Below are positions 1 through 7,401 of a DNA stretch of 44,951 bases, in pieces. Each line of letters begins with the position of its first letter. Within the stretch, counting starts at the first letter, position 1. Source of the stretch: Dehalococcoidia bacterium (GTDB lineage: Bacteria > Chloroflexota > Dehalococcoidia > JACQUA01); NCBI GenBank assembly GCA_030689845.1, contig JAUYHV010000317.1, positions 1-44,951 of the forward strand. The letters are read 5' to 3'. The notes under the pieces are model-generated. The model saw only the letters and a program-made list of their open reading frames with translations, was not told where the DNA came from and made no database searches. The translations under genes and the position numbers were made by a program.

Positions 1-799
1 ATATGCCCGGGAGAGTAAAACCGCGGTGATTATTGGGGCTGGACCCATCGGCCTTGAAACAGCAGCGGCTCTAACCAAACTTAAACTTAAAGTTACCATC
101 ATAGAAGCTCTGCCGAGGCTTTTGCCCAGGCAGCTTGACACTGCGGCAGCAGGATTAATGAAAAAGGAACTGGAAGAAAAATTCGGGTTTTCTTTTTTCC
201 TGAATTCCCAGTGTCAGGAAATCACCGGGAACGGGAAGGCTACCGGTGTCCTGCTGGCGACAGGCCAGGTAATCCCGGGGGATTTAATCATTGTTTCAGC
301 CGGAATCAGGCCGAAACTGGACCTGGCCAAAGCCATCGGTCTCAAAACCGAGAGGGGTATAGCGGTGGATGAGCACATGGAAACCAGCCGGAGCGGGATT
401 TATGCCGCCGGGGACGTGGCCGAATTTAATGGCATGGTCTATGGTTTGTGGCCGGCTGCTCAGCAGCAGGGAGAAGTTGCCGGTGTGAACATGGCCGGGG
501 GAAAACAGGAATACGGGGGGACCGTGCCCTCGAATGCCTTGTCCATCCTCGGGATTAATGTCATGAGCGCCGGGGACATAGACGTGGAGGGAAAACACCA
601 GGGCCTGGTTAAAGAGGATAAAGCTAACTATACGTACCGTAAATACGTTGTAAGCAATGACATACTTATTGGCACTGTGCTCCTCAACGATATCAGGGGT
701 GGTGGGGAGATTATGGGGGCGATAAGGCAGAAAAAGAATGTCCTGCCGTACAAAGATGCCATACTGCAAGACAGTTTCGACTTCAAAAGTTTAAGTTAA
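1..799 (+). CDS. FAD/NAD(P)H-dependent pyridine nucleotide-disulfide oxidoreductase, C-terminal part (rubredoxin-reductase / NADH-oxidase-like); 5' end lies outside the window
   Basis: The frame is open from base 2 with no stop (YARESKTAVIIGAGPIGLE...). It has a second Rossmann GxGxxG (IIGAGPIGLE) and the AAGDVAE motif. A rubredoxin-like ORF follows 18 nt downstream. Confidence 0.8.
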   Translation, partial: YARESKTAVIIGAGPIGLETAAALTKLKLKVTIIEALPRLLPRQLDTAAAGLMKKELEEKFGFSFFLNSQCQEITGNGKATGVLLATGQVIPGDLIIVSAGIRPKLDLAKAIGLKTERGIAVDEHMETSRSGIYAAGDVAEFNGMVYGLWPAAQQQGEVAGVNMAGGKQEYGGTVPSNALSILGINVMSAGDIDVEGKHQGLVKEDKANYTYRKYVVSNDILIGTVLLNDIRGGGEIMGAIRQKKNVLPYKDAILQDSFDFKSLS

Positions 800-817
800 A
801 ATTATAAGGAGAATATC

Positions 818-934
818 ATGCCGGCAAAATGGCGTTGTAAAGTTTGTGGATACATTCACGTTGGAGAAGAGCCACCCGAGATTTGCCCTGTTTGCGGAGC
901 TCCCAAAGACCAGTTTGAAAAAATAGAAGGCTGA
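818..934 (+). CDS. Small rubredoxin-like Fe(Cys)4 protein (38 aa), resembling the C-terminal domain of rubrerythrin
   Basis: Not in the ORF track because it is under 60 aa. Translation is [38 protein letters not shown], with CxxCGY...CPxCGxPKxxF knuckles. An AAGGAG Shine-Dalgarno lies about 8 nt upstream of the ATG, and the stop is TGA at 932-934. Confidence 0.75.
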   Translation: MPAKWRCKVCGYIHVGEEPPEICPVCGAPKDQFEKIEG

Positions 935-1146
935 AGCATTACCGGCTCAGGCGGCTAACCCTACATCCGGCGCCGCTTCTTTGTTGTATCCGGGCAATAT
1001 GCCTGAATATGTTGTCCGCCGGTCCTGACCTACGGGTTCAGGAAAATACCTGACCCGCAGGGTGTATCACTTGCTGTGCAGCAGCCATTGTTCAATTGGG
1101 TATCCCAGAGAGGCATGGGTGCGTGACGGGAAACAGACCTGGATTG

Positions 1147-1650
1147 TCAGTCAATGAACTCAGCGCCCCCGGGGGAATCGTACTGGTGCACAGTTCCATC
1201 GGGGTCGGCCGTATAGGAATACCTTGACCTTGTAATATGTACGTAATCGACCAGAACCGTTGTGTCACCGTTCCCCGTCTTGTCGTGGGCATAAAGGACG
1301 TAACCTTCTTTATCTCCGTCGGTATATGGTTCCCCGCGGGGGTCTTTAAATTTCCCCCCGGGGCTGTTTGTCCAGGATGATTTGAAATCCGGAAAACGGG
1401 ACATGTCGTTGGAGGCCAGGGTGGGGTCATCAACGGGGTTGGGAAGTATGGAAAGGTTGTTGTCTTGCATCATGCCCGTTACAGATGACTGGATGTTATT
1501 TTTTTCGACCTTCCTGATATCAGATTCCCCTCCTCCCATGAACCTGCCGATATTCGGTATCATCAGCGCCGTAAGAATAAGCAGTATAGAACCGGCTATT
1601 AATAGCTTGATAACCTGGAAACCCCGCTGGCCGGGGATTGCGTATTTCAT
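1147..1650 (-). CDS. Hypothetical secreted/membrane protein with a prepilin-like (class III signal) N-terminus
   Basis: The N-terminus MKYAIPGQRG/FQVIKLLIAGSILLILTALMIP resembles the G/F(T)LIELL type IV pilin/pseudopilin leader, but has K instead of E at +5. No obvious Shine-Dalgarno sequence. Confidence 0.5.
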   Translation of the reverse strand: MKYAIPGQRGFQVIKLLIAGSILLILTALMIPNIGRFMGGGESDIRKVEKNNIQSSVTGMMQDNNLSILPNPVDDPTLASNDMSRFPDFKSSWTNSPGGKFKDPRGEPYTDGDKEGYVLYAHDKTGNGDTTVLVDYVHITRSRYSYTADPDGTVHQYDSPGGAEFID

Positions 1651-1890
1651 CTAATTTAGACTCATGAGTGTAGGCATGATTAATTATAGAGTTAAATCCC
1701 ATGGAAACATATACTGCGAAAGGATTATTTCCCGGCTACCTTTTGACCGCCAACGGGATTAGACCATGTATGGAGGGATATTGCAAGAAGCAAGTGGGAT
1801 TAGTATAGTTTACCGGAATATTGGAAAATATTTTAGCTGCCCGTTGCTTAATAAAACCGGTACAAAATTAAATAAAGGAGCCTTCCGAAA

Positions 1891-2346
1891 ATGCTTATGG
1901 TGAGACATATTCTAAACGGAACCCTTCCGTGGAAATCGAGGCTGCCGGAAAAGGCAGGAGATAACCATCCCGGGTCTCTGGAAGAATTTAAAGCGTTAGA
2001 ACCCATGGATGGAGTTGCAAGGGTCCACATTAAGTACCTGGAGGAGTGCGGCAGGCAGTTTTACAGGTACTGGTTGCCTACCTGGGACGAGGTGATGGCA
2101 GTGGGCCCGTTTCAGGGGAGGCTGCGCAAATATAAGTCCATACCTGTTATCATCGTAAATCAATATAAACGGCCCTACAGGCACGTCGTAGCTCTCAGTG
2201 AAGCTTTGAACGAACCGTACCGGAAATTCGGAATATTACCTGTGCTTTATTTTTTGTCGAGACAGGAGATGAAGGCTCTGGAGGAAACAAAAGCCCGGGA
2301 ATGGGAAATGACACGAAAGGTATCTATTCACTGGAAGAAAAAATAA
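1891..2346 (+). CDS. Hypothetical protein (151 aa)
   Basis: ORF with AAAGGAG about 9 nt upstream of the ATG. No recognisable motifs. Confidence 0.45.
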   Translation: MLMVRHILNGTLPWKSRLPEKAGDNHPGSLEEFKALEPMDGVARVHIKYLEECGRQFYRYWLPTWDEVMAVGPFQGRLRKYKSIPVIIVNQYKRPYRHVVALSEALNEPYRKFGILPVLYFLSRQEMKALEETKAREWEMTRKVSIHWKKK

Positions 2347-2414
2347 CGTGTCTGCGGGGAGAATCGAGGTTGAAGGGAAAAGATGGCAGGGAACTTTAAT
2401 CGAATAAGGCGCAA

Positions 2415-2437
2415 CTGGATTCCCGCCTGCGCGGGAA
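2415..2437. repeat. REP-like hairpin CTGGATTCCCGC-CTGC-GCGGGAA, same family as the hairpins inside the 4842-4981 element
   Basis: 7-bp stem TTCCCGC/GCGGGAA with a 4-nt loop. Shares CTGGATTCCCGC with 4911-4922. Confidence 0.6.
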
Positions 2438-2684
2438 CTATGTAGTACAATTAACGACATTCGCCAACTGGAGATAAAAAAGCAATGCCTGAAACTCAAA
2501 TCAACCTACCAATGTTGTGTCGGTAAGAAAAAGTTATAATAAACATGTCAGCTGGCAGGTTTCTGCGCTTTAACGTAGCTATTGTTTTTCAGGACAAAGT
2601 GTCCCGCTTTTGTTGACTATATGCAGATAAGACGGAAAAAAATATACACTGTCTAACTGAGACCAGTGAAGGAGGTATAATAAA

Positions 2685-2933
2685 GTGGCGGTATATTCGT
2701 ATAAGTACAGTTACGAGGACCCGGCTAAGGGCAGGGAACTCTCCTATGAGCGGAAAGATGAGTTTGTAGATGTTGCAGAGATGGTTGATTCCCTTGTTGA
2801 AGATTTGGGCAAGATTCCAGGGGAGAACTATGTCGAAGTTGATATTTATGAGGGTAGGGTCCGCCTCCACGCCTGGTCTGATATCCCGGCAAGCGAAGCC
2901 ATAGTCCTTGTGAAAAAATTACGTGGCCTATAA
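2685..2933 (+). CDS. Hypothetical protein (82 aa)
   Basis: GTG start preceded by GAAGGAGG about 9 nt upstream. Acidic small protein with no recognisable motifs. Confidence 0.5.
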   Translation: MAVYSYKYSYEDPAKGRELSYERKDEFVDVAEMVDSLVEDLGKIPGENYVEVDIYEGRVRLHAWSDIPASEAIVLVKKLRGL

Positions 2934-3161
2934 AAATTCCGGAGTGTAACTCGTCAGCAAGAACGTGACACAGTCGGTCGGTTTGGTTAATTTTCCTTAT
3001 GTCTATCTCAGGTTGTTCCTCTTTTAATTTATATCATGTGAAGCATTCCCAGTTAACCTGAACAGTGGTGATGGGAAACATTACTATATAGTGGCAACCA
3101 ATAAACTACGCAATTCTTTAGTCAGGGACATCGTTATAAAGATAATCAGGAGGAAACATTT

Positions 3162-3383
3162 TTGGCCAGGCATCTGTCTGACTTTGGCTTTAGATTGATG
3201 TCTCTTGAGTTCAAACTGCGGGATTTCGTTCGGCCTCGGGATAGTATCTTAAAAGAGGTGGGAATTAAGACCGGGTTTAAGGTACTTGATTACGGCTGTG
3301 GTCCTGGTGCTTACGTAATCGCTGTCGCAGAACTGGTGGGGGGAACAGGTAAAATTTATGCACTGGATGCTTTATTTGGCTGA
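3162..3383 (+). pseudogene. Truncated class I SAM-dependent methyltransferase (only the first ~73 aa)
   Basis: TTG start with AGGAGG 8 nt upstream. SAM motif I VLDYGCGPG and post-I YALD are present, then a TGA stop. Full-length relatives are about 200 aa or longer. The same frame continues into unrelated sequence. Confidence 0.55.
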
Positions 3384-3467
3384 TGTTTCGGTTTCCGGGG
3401 TACCATCCCCCGGCATTTTCTTTTCTCCATCCAGCGGCAGCATTGTCTCCCGCTTCAACCTCTTTAT

Positions 3468-3581
3468 GCTCTGAGGCTATTGGCAAAGGAATCAGGCGCA
3501 TCAGCAAGTTACCTGTCGCAGGCTAAGAACGGGGAAATCCCGGCATCGGAAAAAGTGTTAAGCATGGTAACGTTGCCATAA
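3468..3581 (+). pseudogene. Start-less fragment of an XRE-type helix-turn-helix protein
   Basis: Translation ALRLLAKESGASASYLSQAKNGEIPASEKVLSMVTLP* matches the HTH_XRE pattern (L..lA...G.S.syLSq.e.G...PS). It lies in frame behind the truncated methyltransferase and has no start codon of its own. Confidence 0.35.
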
Positions 3582-3612
3582 ACACGAGTGAAGGCTATAA
3601 TCTAACAGTCAC

Positions 3613-3686
3613 TGCCGAGTTGTGTAGTGGTAGCACAAAGGAATTTGGATCCTTTAGCCCAGGTTCGAATCCTGGCTCGGCAGCCA
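3613..3686 (+). tRNA. tRNA-Gln (anticodon UUG), CCA encoded
   Basis: Hand-folded cloverleaf. Acceptor stem is UGCCGAG/CUCGGCA with the U1-A72 pair typical of bacterial tRNA-Gln. D arm is GUGU-AGUGGUA-GCAC. Anticodon stem AAGGA/UCCUU carries loop AUUUGGA. T arm is CCAGG-UUCGAAU-CCUGG, with discriminator G then CCA. Total length 74 nt. Confidence 0.9.
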
Positions 3687-3692
3687 ACTGGT

Positions 3693-4085
3693 TTATTCTG
3701 AGAGTCCTTTCAATCCCTTTCCGCAATCGGGACACAGGCCGTGGAAAACGGTGTGCCGGCCTTCTATGCAAAAGCCTTCCCCCAGTTCGCAGGCTTTTTC
3801 ATCAACTTCCTGTGGCTCCATAGAGAAATCCCAGAGGCGGCGGCATTCGCGGCAGAGGAAATGGCTGTGGTCAGAGGTGTTTCCATCGTAGCGGTTGAAG
3901 TCACCGGCGAATAGCTCAAGAACGTTCCTCTGCTGCGTCAGGAGGTTTAAATTACGGTACACGGTTCCAAGACTGATATTCGGCAGACTCCGGCGCACAA
4001 TCTGATAGAGCTCATCGCCCCTGGGATGAGTCTTTACTTTTTTTAATTCTTCGAGGATGATCTCCCGGGGTTTGCTGTACCTCAA
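3693..4085 (-). CDS. Fur-family metalloregulator, PerR-like (by context)
   Basis: Winged-helix segment TVYRNLNLL, HSHF-LCRECRRL (HxH plus CxxC) and a C-terminal CPDCG (CxxC) structural Zn site. Lies 13 nt downstream of the peroxiredoxin gene on the same strand. Confidence 0.85.
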   Translation of the reverse strand: MRYSKPREIILEELKKVKTHPRGDELYQIVRRSLPNISLGTVYRNLNLLTQQRNVLELFAGDFNRYDGNTSDHSHFLCRECRRLWDFSMEPQEVDEKACELGEGFCIEGRHTVFHGLCPDCGKGLKGLSE

Positions 4086-4098
4086 GATTCTCCTTTAC

Positions 4099-4698
4099 TT
4101 AAAGCTCACTTCCGTGGGCTGCCAGGTACTCGGCCACACCACCGGTGGTGGGTTTCATGCCCGGCTTATCTTTTTCCCAGTTTGCCGGACACACTTCCCC
4201 GAATTTTTCGTTGAACTGTATTGCGTCAATTATGCGCAGGGCCTCATCGATGTTGCGGCCCAGGGGCAGGTTGTTGACGACCTGGTGCTGGACCTTTCCT
4301 TCCCTGTCGATAACGAAAGTACCCCTGAGGGCAACGGCATCTTCCACCAGTACGTCATAGTCCCTGGAGATGTTCTTGGTGATGTCCGATACCAGGGGGT
4401 AACGAATCTTGCCTATGCCGCCATTTTCCACCGCGGTATTTTTCCAGGCAAGGTGGGTGTAATGGCTGTCTACGGATACCCCGATAACTTCTGTATTGCG
4501 CGATTTAAACTGGTCCAGGCGGTGGTCGAAAGCGATTATCTCCGAGGGACATACGAAGGTGAAATCCAGTGGATAAAAGAACAGAACCACATATTTTCCC
4601 CTTAAGTCCGAAAGTTTGAAATCCTCTTTGATGCTGTCGTCTCCGAGAATTGCAGTGGCCGTAAAATCCGGTGCAGGTTTGTTTACCAGTACGCTCAT
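4099..4698 (-). CDS. ahpC: Typical 2-Cys peroxiredoxin (AhpC/Prx1 family)
   Basis: Peroxidatic Cys motif FTFVCPSEI and resolving Cys motif GEVCPANW. Length 199 aa. Confidence 0.92.
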   Translation of the reverse strand: MSVLVNKPAPDFTATAILGDDSIKEDFKLSDLRGKYVVLFFYPLDFTFVCPSEIIAFDHRLDQFKSRNTEVIGVSVDSHYTHLAWKNTAVENGGIGKIRYPLVSDITKNISRDYDVLVEDAVALRGTFVIDREGKVQHQVVNNLPLGRNIDEALRIIDAIQFNEKFGEVCPANWEKDKPGMKPTTGGVAEYLAAHGSEL

Positions 4699-4723
4699 AT
4701 TTTTCCTCCGTATTAGGTGAATA

Positions 4724-4742
4724 AATAGTAATAGTTACTATT
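4724..4742. promoter_or_regulatory. 8-3-8 inverted repeat AATAGTAA-TAG-TTACTATT, candidate Fur/PerR-type operator
   Basis: Perfect 8-bp arms in an AT-rich stretch. Located immediately downstream of the ahpC -10 box and 26-44 nt upstream of the ahpC start codon. Confidence 0.4.
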
Positions 4743-4770
4743 ATTATACAAGCAATATTTCTATTGTCAA
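4743..4770 (-). promoter_or_regulatory. Sigma70-type promoter of ahpC: TTGACA - 16 nt - TATAAT
   Basis: On the minus strand, TTGACA is the complement of 4765-4770 and TATAAT is the complement of 4743-4748. The -35 box is embedded in a second palindrome, CTATTG-T-CAATAG (4761-4773). Confidence 0.6.
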
Positions 4771-4841
4771 TAGTTCTTAAAAGCAATTTTATATTTATCG
4801 GGAGATTCAACTTCCAATCCTGAATTATTTTCTACATGTAG

Positions 4842-4981
4842 TGTAGTGTCTCATAAATAGCCTTACAATCTTTGTCATTCCGGGCTTGACCCGGAATCCA
4901 GTCTGTTGCTCTGGATTCCCGCTTTCGCGGGAATGACACCAATGGCGCCGCAAATTGTAAAGAGATATTAGAGACACTACA
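4842..4981. repeat. 140-bp MITE-like nested palindrome
   Basis: Perfect 11-bp termini: TGTAGTGTCTC at 4842-4852 and GAGACACTACA at 4971-4981. The two arms each carry an 8-bp hairpin: ATTCCGGG-CTTGA-CCCGGAAT at 4877-4897 and ATTCCCGC-TTTC-GCGGGAAT at 4915-4934. The arms also pair with each other (GTCATTCC/GGAATGAC and GGAATCCAG/CTGGATTCC). Confidence 0.6.
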
Positions 4982-5168
4982 GTAGAATGGTATCTAATTG
5001 AGAAACTAGAAAAAATAAAAAAAATGTTATAATTCTTTATTCAAATTCACCGGGTAACCGGTAATTTGGTATTTGCCTTCGTTTTAGGTAACGGACCATG
5101 TCTTTGAAAGTCAGAGGTAATGGAAGGCCTCACTGTAAAACAACGGCATTTCAAACGGCGGAATTATC

Positions 5169-6272
5169 ATGACAGATAAGTTGGATTTCCCAGGACTGTG
5201 CCAGACTACGGCAATGGGAATTATGCCACATACCGATATCGACAGGGCCTTGGAACTTGCCCTGGCAATGGATATACCTTTCTGGCCTCAGCTTCCCAGG
5301 GTAAGCTTTTACGAAGACATGTATGTTCAGGCATCCCAATTTTTGCCCGGAATAAGTCTGGATATAGCCCAGGAAAGGGTTAATTTCAATACCGAAGCTT
5401 TTATCTCGAAAATAGGGGACTACGAAAAGTCAATGGAAGCCCCGGAGGGGCTGGCCCTGACCAGGGAGTATTCCAGTGTTTACCACCGCTTTCTCGGGAT
5501 TGACCTCGCCGGCCACAGCTCGATACGCGGGCAGATGACCGGCCCTGTAAGTTTCGGGTTCAGGGTGATTGATGAGGGGGATAAGCCGATTATATACGAC
5601 GATTCAGTGAGAGTAATCCTTTTCGATTTTATGCAAAGAAAGGTGAATATCCAGGTCCAGCAGCTTAAGGAGAAAAACAAAAGGGCCTTTGTCTGGCTGG
5701 ATGAGCCGGGACTCGGGTGGGTATTTTCAGGTTTTACGGGTTATAACGATGTCCAGGCGACGGAGGACTACCGCAATTTTTTCCAGGGGATCGAGGGAAT
5801 TAAAGCCCTGCACCTGTGCGCCGCTATTAACCTTCCGTATCTGCTGGGGCTCGGGGTGGAACTGCTGTCTTTCGACGCTTATGCTATAGAATCGATGCCC
5901 ATGGGTTATACTGAAGCTATAGGTAATTACCTGAAGGAAGGGAAGGTTATAGCCTGGGGAATCGTGCCTACTGATTCCGACAATCTCAACAAGGAAACCC
6001 CTGATACTATCGCAGCCAGGTTGTCGGGGTACTGGGAAAAGGTAAATAAAGGCTCCGGGGTCGATGTGAAGCAGATTGCCGAGCAGGCCGTTATAACTCC
6101 GGCACGTTGCTGTTTAAAAAACATAGGTAAGGTCGGTGGGGCGGGGGAAACACCCTCCGGAGCGGAGGAGGGGTCTGCTCTCGGTACCATTGAAGAGTCC
6201 CTGGTCGAGAAGGCTTTTTCCTACCTTCCCCTGGTTTCCTCGATTTTGAAAGACAAATACCATATAAAATAA
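5169..6272 (+). CDS. MetE-like (cobalamin-independent methionine synthase / UROD superfamily) putative Zn-dependent methyltransferase
   Basis: 367-aa ORF. HLC (ALHLCAAIN) and a late PARCCL motif resemble the His-x-Cys and PdCGL zinc ligands of the MetE catalytic domain. Family assignment is tentative. Confidence 0.45.
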   Translation: MTDKLDFPGLCQTTAMGIMPHTDIDRALELALAMDIPFWPQLPRVSFYEDMYVQASQFLPGISLDIAQERVNFNTEAFISKIGDYEKSMEAPEGLALTREYSSVYHRFLGIDLAGHSSIRGQMTGPVSFGFRVIDEGDKPIIYDDSVRVILFDFMQRKVNIQVQQLKEKNKRAFVWLDEPGLGWVFSGFTGYNDVQATEDYRNFFQGIEGIKALHLCAAINLPYLLGLGVELLSFDAYAIESMPMGYTEAIGNYLKEGKVIAWGIVPTDSDNLNKETPDTIAARLSGYWEKVNKGSGVDVKQIAEQAVITPARCCLKNIGKVGGAGETPSGAEEGSALGTIEESLVEKAFSYLPLVSSILKDKYHIK

Positions 6273-6351
6273 GTGTGGGGGAAATGGGAGGTCTCCAGGA
6301 CCGGTGAGTCGCTTTCATGTCTAATCCCCGGGAAAAGTAAAAGGTATAGCA

Positions 6352-7401
6352 GTGGCTAAACTTAAGGACAACAGGATTAGCAGGCGTTCTTTTATTAAAG
6401 GTATCGCTGCAACAGGGGCATTGGCAGTTGCGGGAATGGCGGGATGTAATGAAGCCGGGGAGGCCCCAACTATCGTTGCCGGCAATTCCGGGGAGGGAAA
6501 AATGTCAGAGATAGCTTTTGTAAGCACGGATAACAGGGCTGATGGTGTCGAAAAAGCGATGGACCTGGTCGGGACCGGAAAATTTAAAAACAAGACCATA
6601 TTTATTAAACCGAATTTTAACAGTGCCGACCCGACCCCGGGTTCGACTCACATCGATGTCCTCCGTTCCATCGTAAAACGGCTGTGGCAGGAGGGAGCTT
6701 CAGGGATTACAGTAGGCGACCGGAGCGGCATGGGGAATACCAGGAAAGCAATGGAACAAAAAGGGATCTTCCAGTTAGGGAGGGAACTTGATTTCGAAGT
6801 TCTTGTGCTGGACGAACTTCCGGAAAGCGGGTGGCAAAAGTTTACGCCTTCCGGCAGCCGCTGGTCCCAGGGTTTTTATATTCCGAAGGTATGCCTGGAA
6901 GTAGATGACATAATACAAACTTGCTGTTTGAAAACACACCGCTTCGGGGGGCACTTTACCATGTCTCTTAAAAATTCCGTGGGCCTGGCGGCAAAGCGGG
7001 TTCCGGGCGACGGCCACGATTACATGGGCGAACTTCATTCATCGCCGTACCAGAGGACCATGATTGCAGAGATAAACCAGGCTTACAAACCATCCCTGGT
7101 AATCCTCGATGGAGTCGAGGCTTTTGTCAGCGGGGGGCCCGATAAAGGAAAGAAGGTGGATTCCAACATAGTTCTGGCGGGGTCAGACAGGGTTGCCATC
7201 GATGCGGTTGGCGTTGCCGTTTTGAGGTATTTCGGTACCACTCCGGAAGTTGAATACGGCAGCATCTTTGAGCAGGAGCAAATCTCCAGGGCGGTGCAGC
7301 TGGAGTTGGGAGTGGACTCAGGCCGCAGGATATCCCTGGTTACCCCGGACAGGCAAAGCGAGGAATATGCTGGACGGATACACGGTATCCTGTACGGCTA
7401 A
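6352..7401 (+). CDS. DUF362 domain protein with a twin-arginine signal and lipobox
   Basis: GTG start. N-terminus has SRRSFIKGIAATGALAVAGMAGC (Tat motif plus AGC lipobox). The DUF362-like core has IFIKPNFNSADP... and HRFGGHFTMSLKN. Confidence 0.75.
   Translation: MAKLKDNRISRRSFIKGIAATGALAVAGMAGCNEAGEAPTIVAGNSGEGKMSEIAFVSTDNRADGVEKAMDLVGTGKFKNKTIFIKPNFNSADPTPGSTHIDVLRSIVKRLWQEGASGITVGDRSGMGNTRKAMEQKGIFQLGRELDFEVLVLDELPESGWQKFTPSGSRWSQGFYIPKVCLEVDDIIQTCCLKTHRFGGHFTMSLKNSVGLAAKRVPGDGHDYMGELHSSPYQRTMIAEINQAYKPSLVILDGVEAFVSGGPDKGKKVDSNIVLAGSDRVAIDAVGVAVLRYFGTTPEVEYGSIFEQEQISRAVQLELGVDSGRRISLVTPDRQSEEYAGRIHGILYG

Noticed and set aside
3620-3823. 67-aa plus-strand ORF
   Set aside because: It overlaps the tRNA-Gln gene and then runs antisense to the Fur-family gene.
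4836-4846. 11-nt identity (ATGTAGTGTAG) between the left flank of the MITE-like element and the end of the IS1634-like fragment (complement of 24867-24877), hinting at a parent-IS relationship
   Set aside because: The match is only 11 nt and does not coincide with the element's own terminal repeat. It could be chance, given how many comparisons I made by eye.
5127-5138. B12-box-like GCCTCACTGTAA in the leader of the MetE-like gene, considered as a possible cobalamin riboswitch
   Set aside because: I could not find the other conserved cobalamin-riboswitch blocks (the AAnAGGGAA and GGTGnAAnTCC type). Only a covariance-model scan (Rfam RF00174) of 4982-5168 could settle this.
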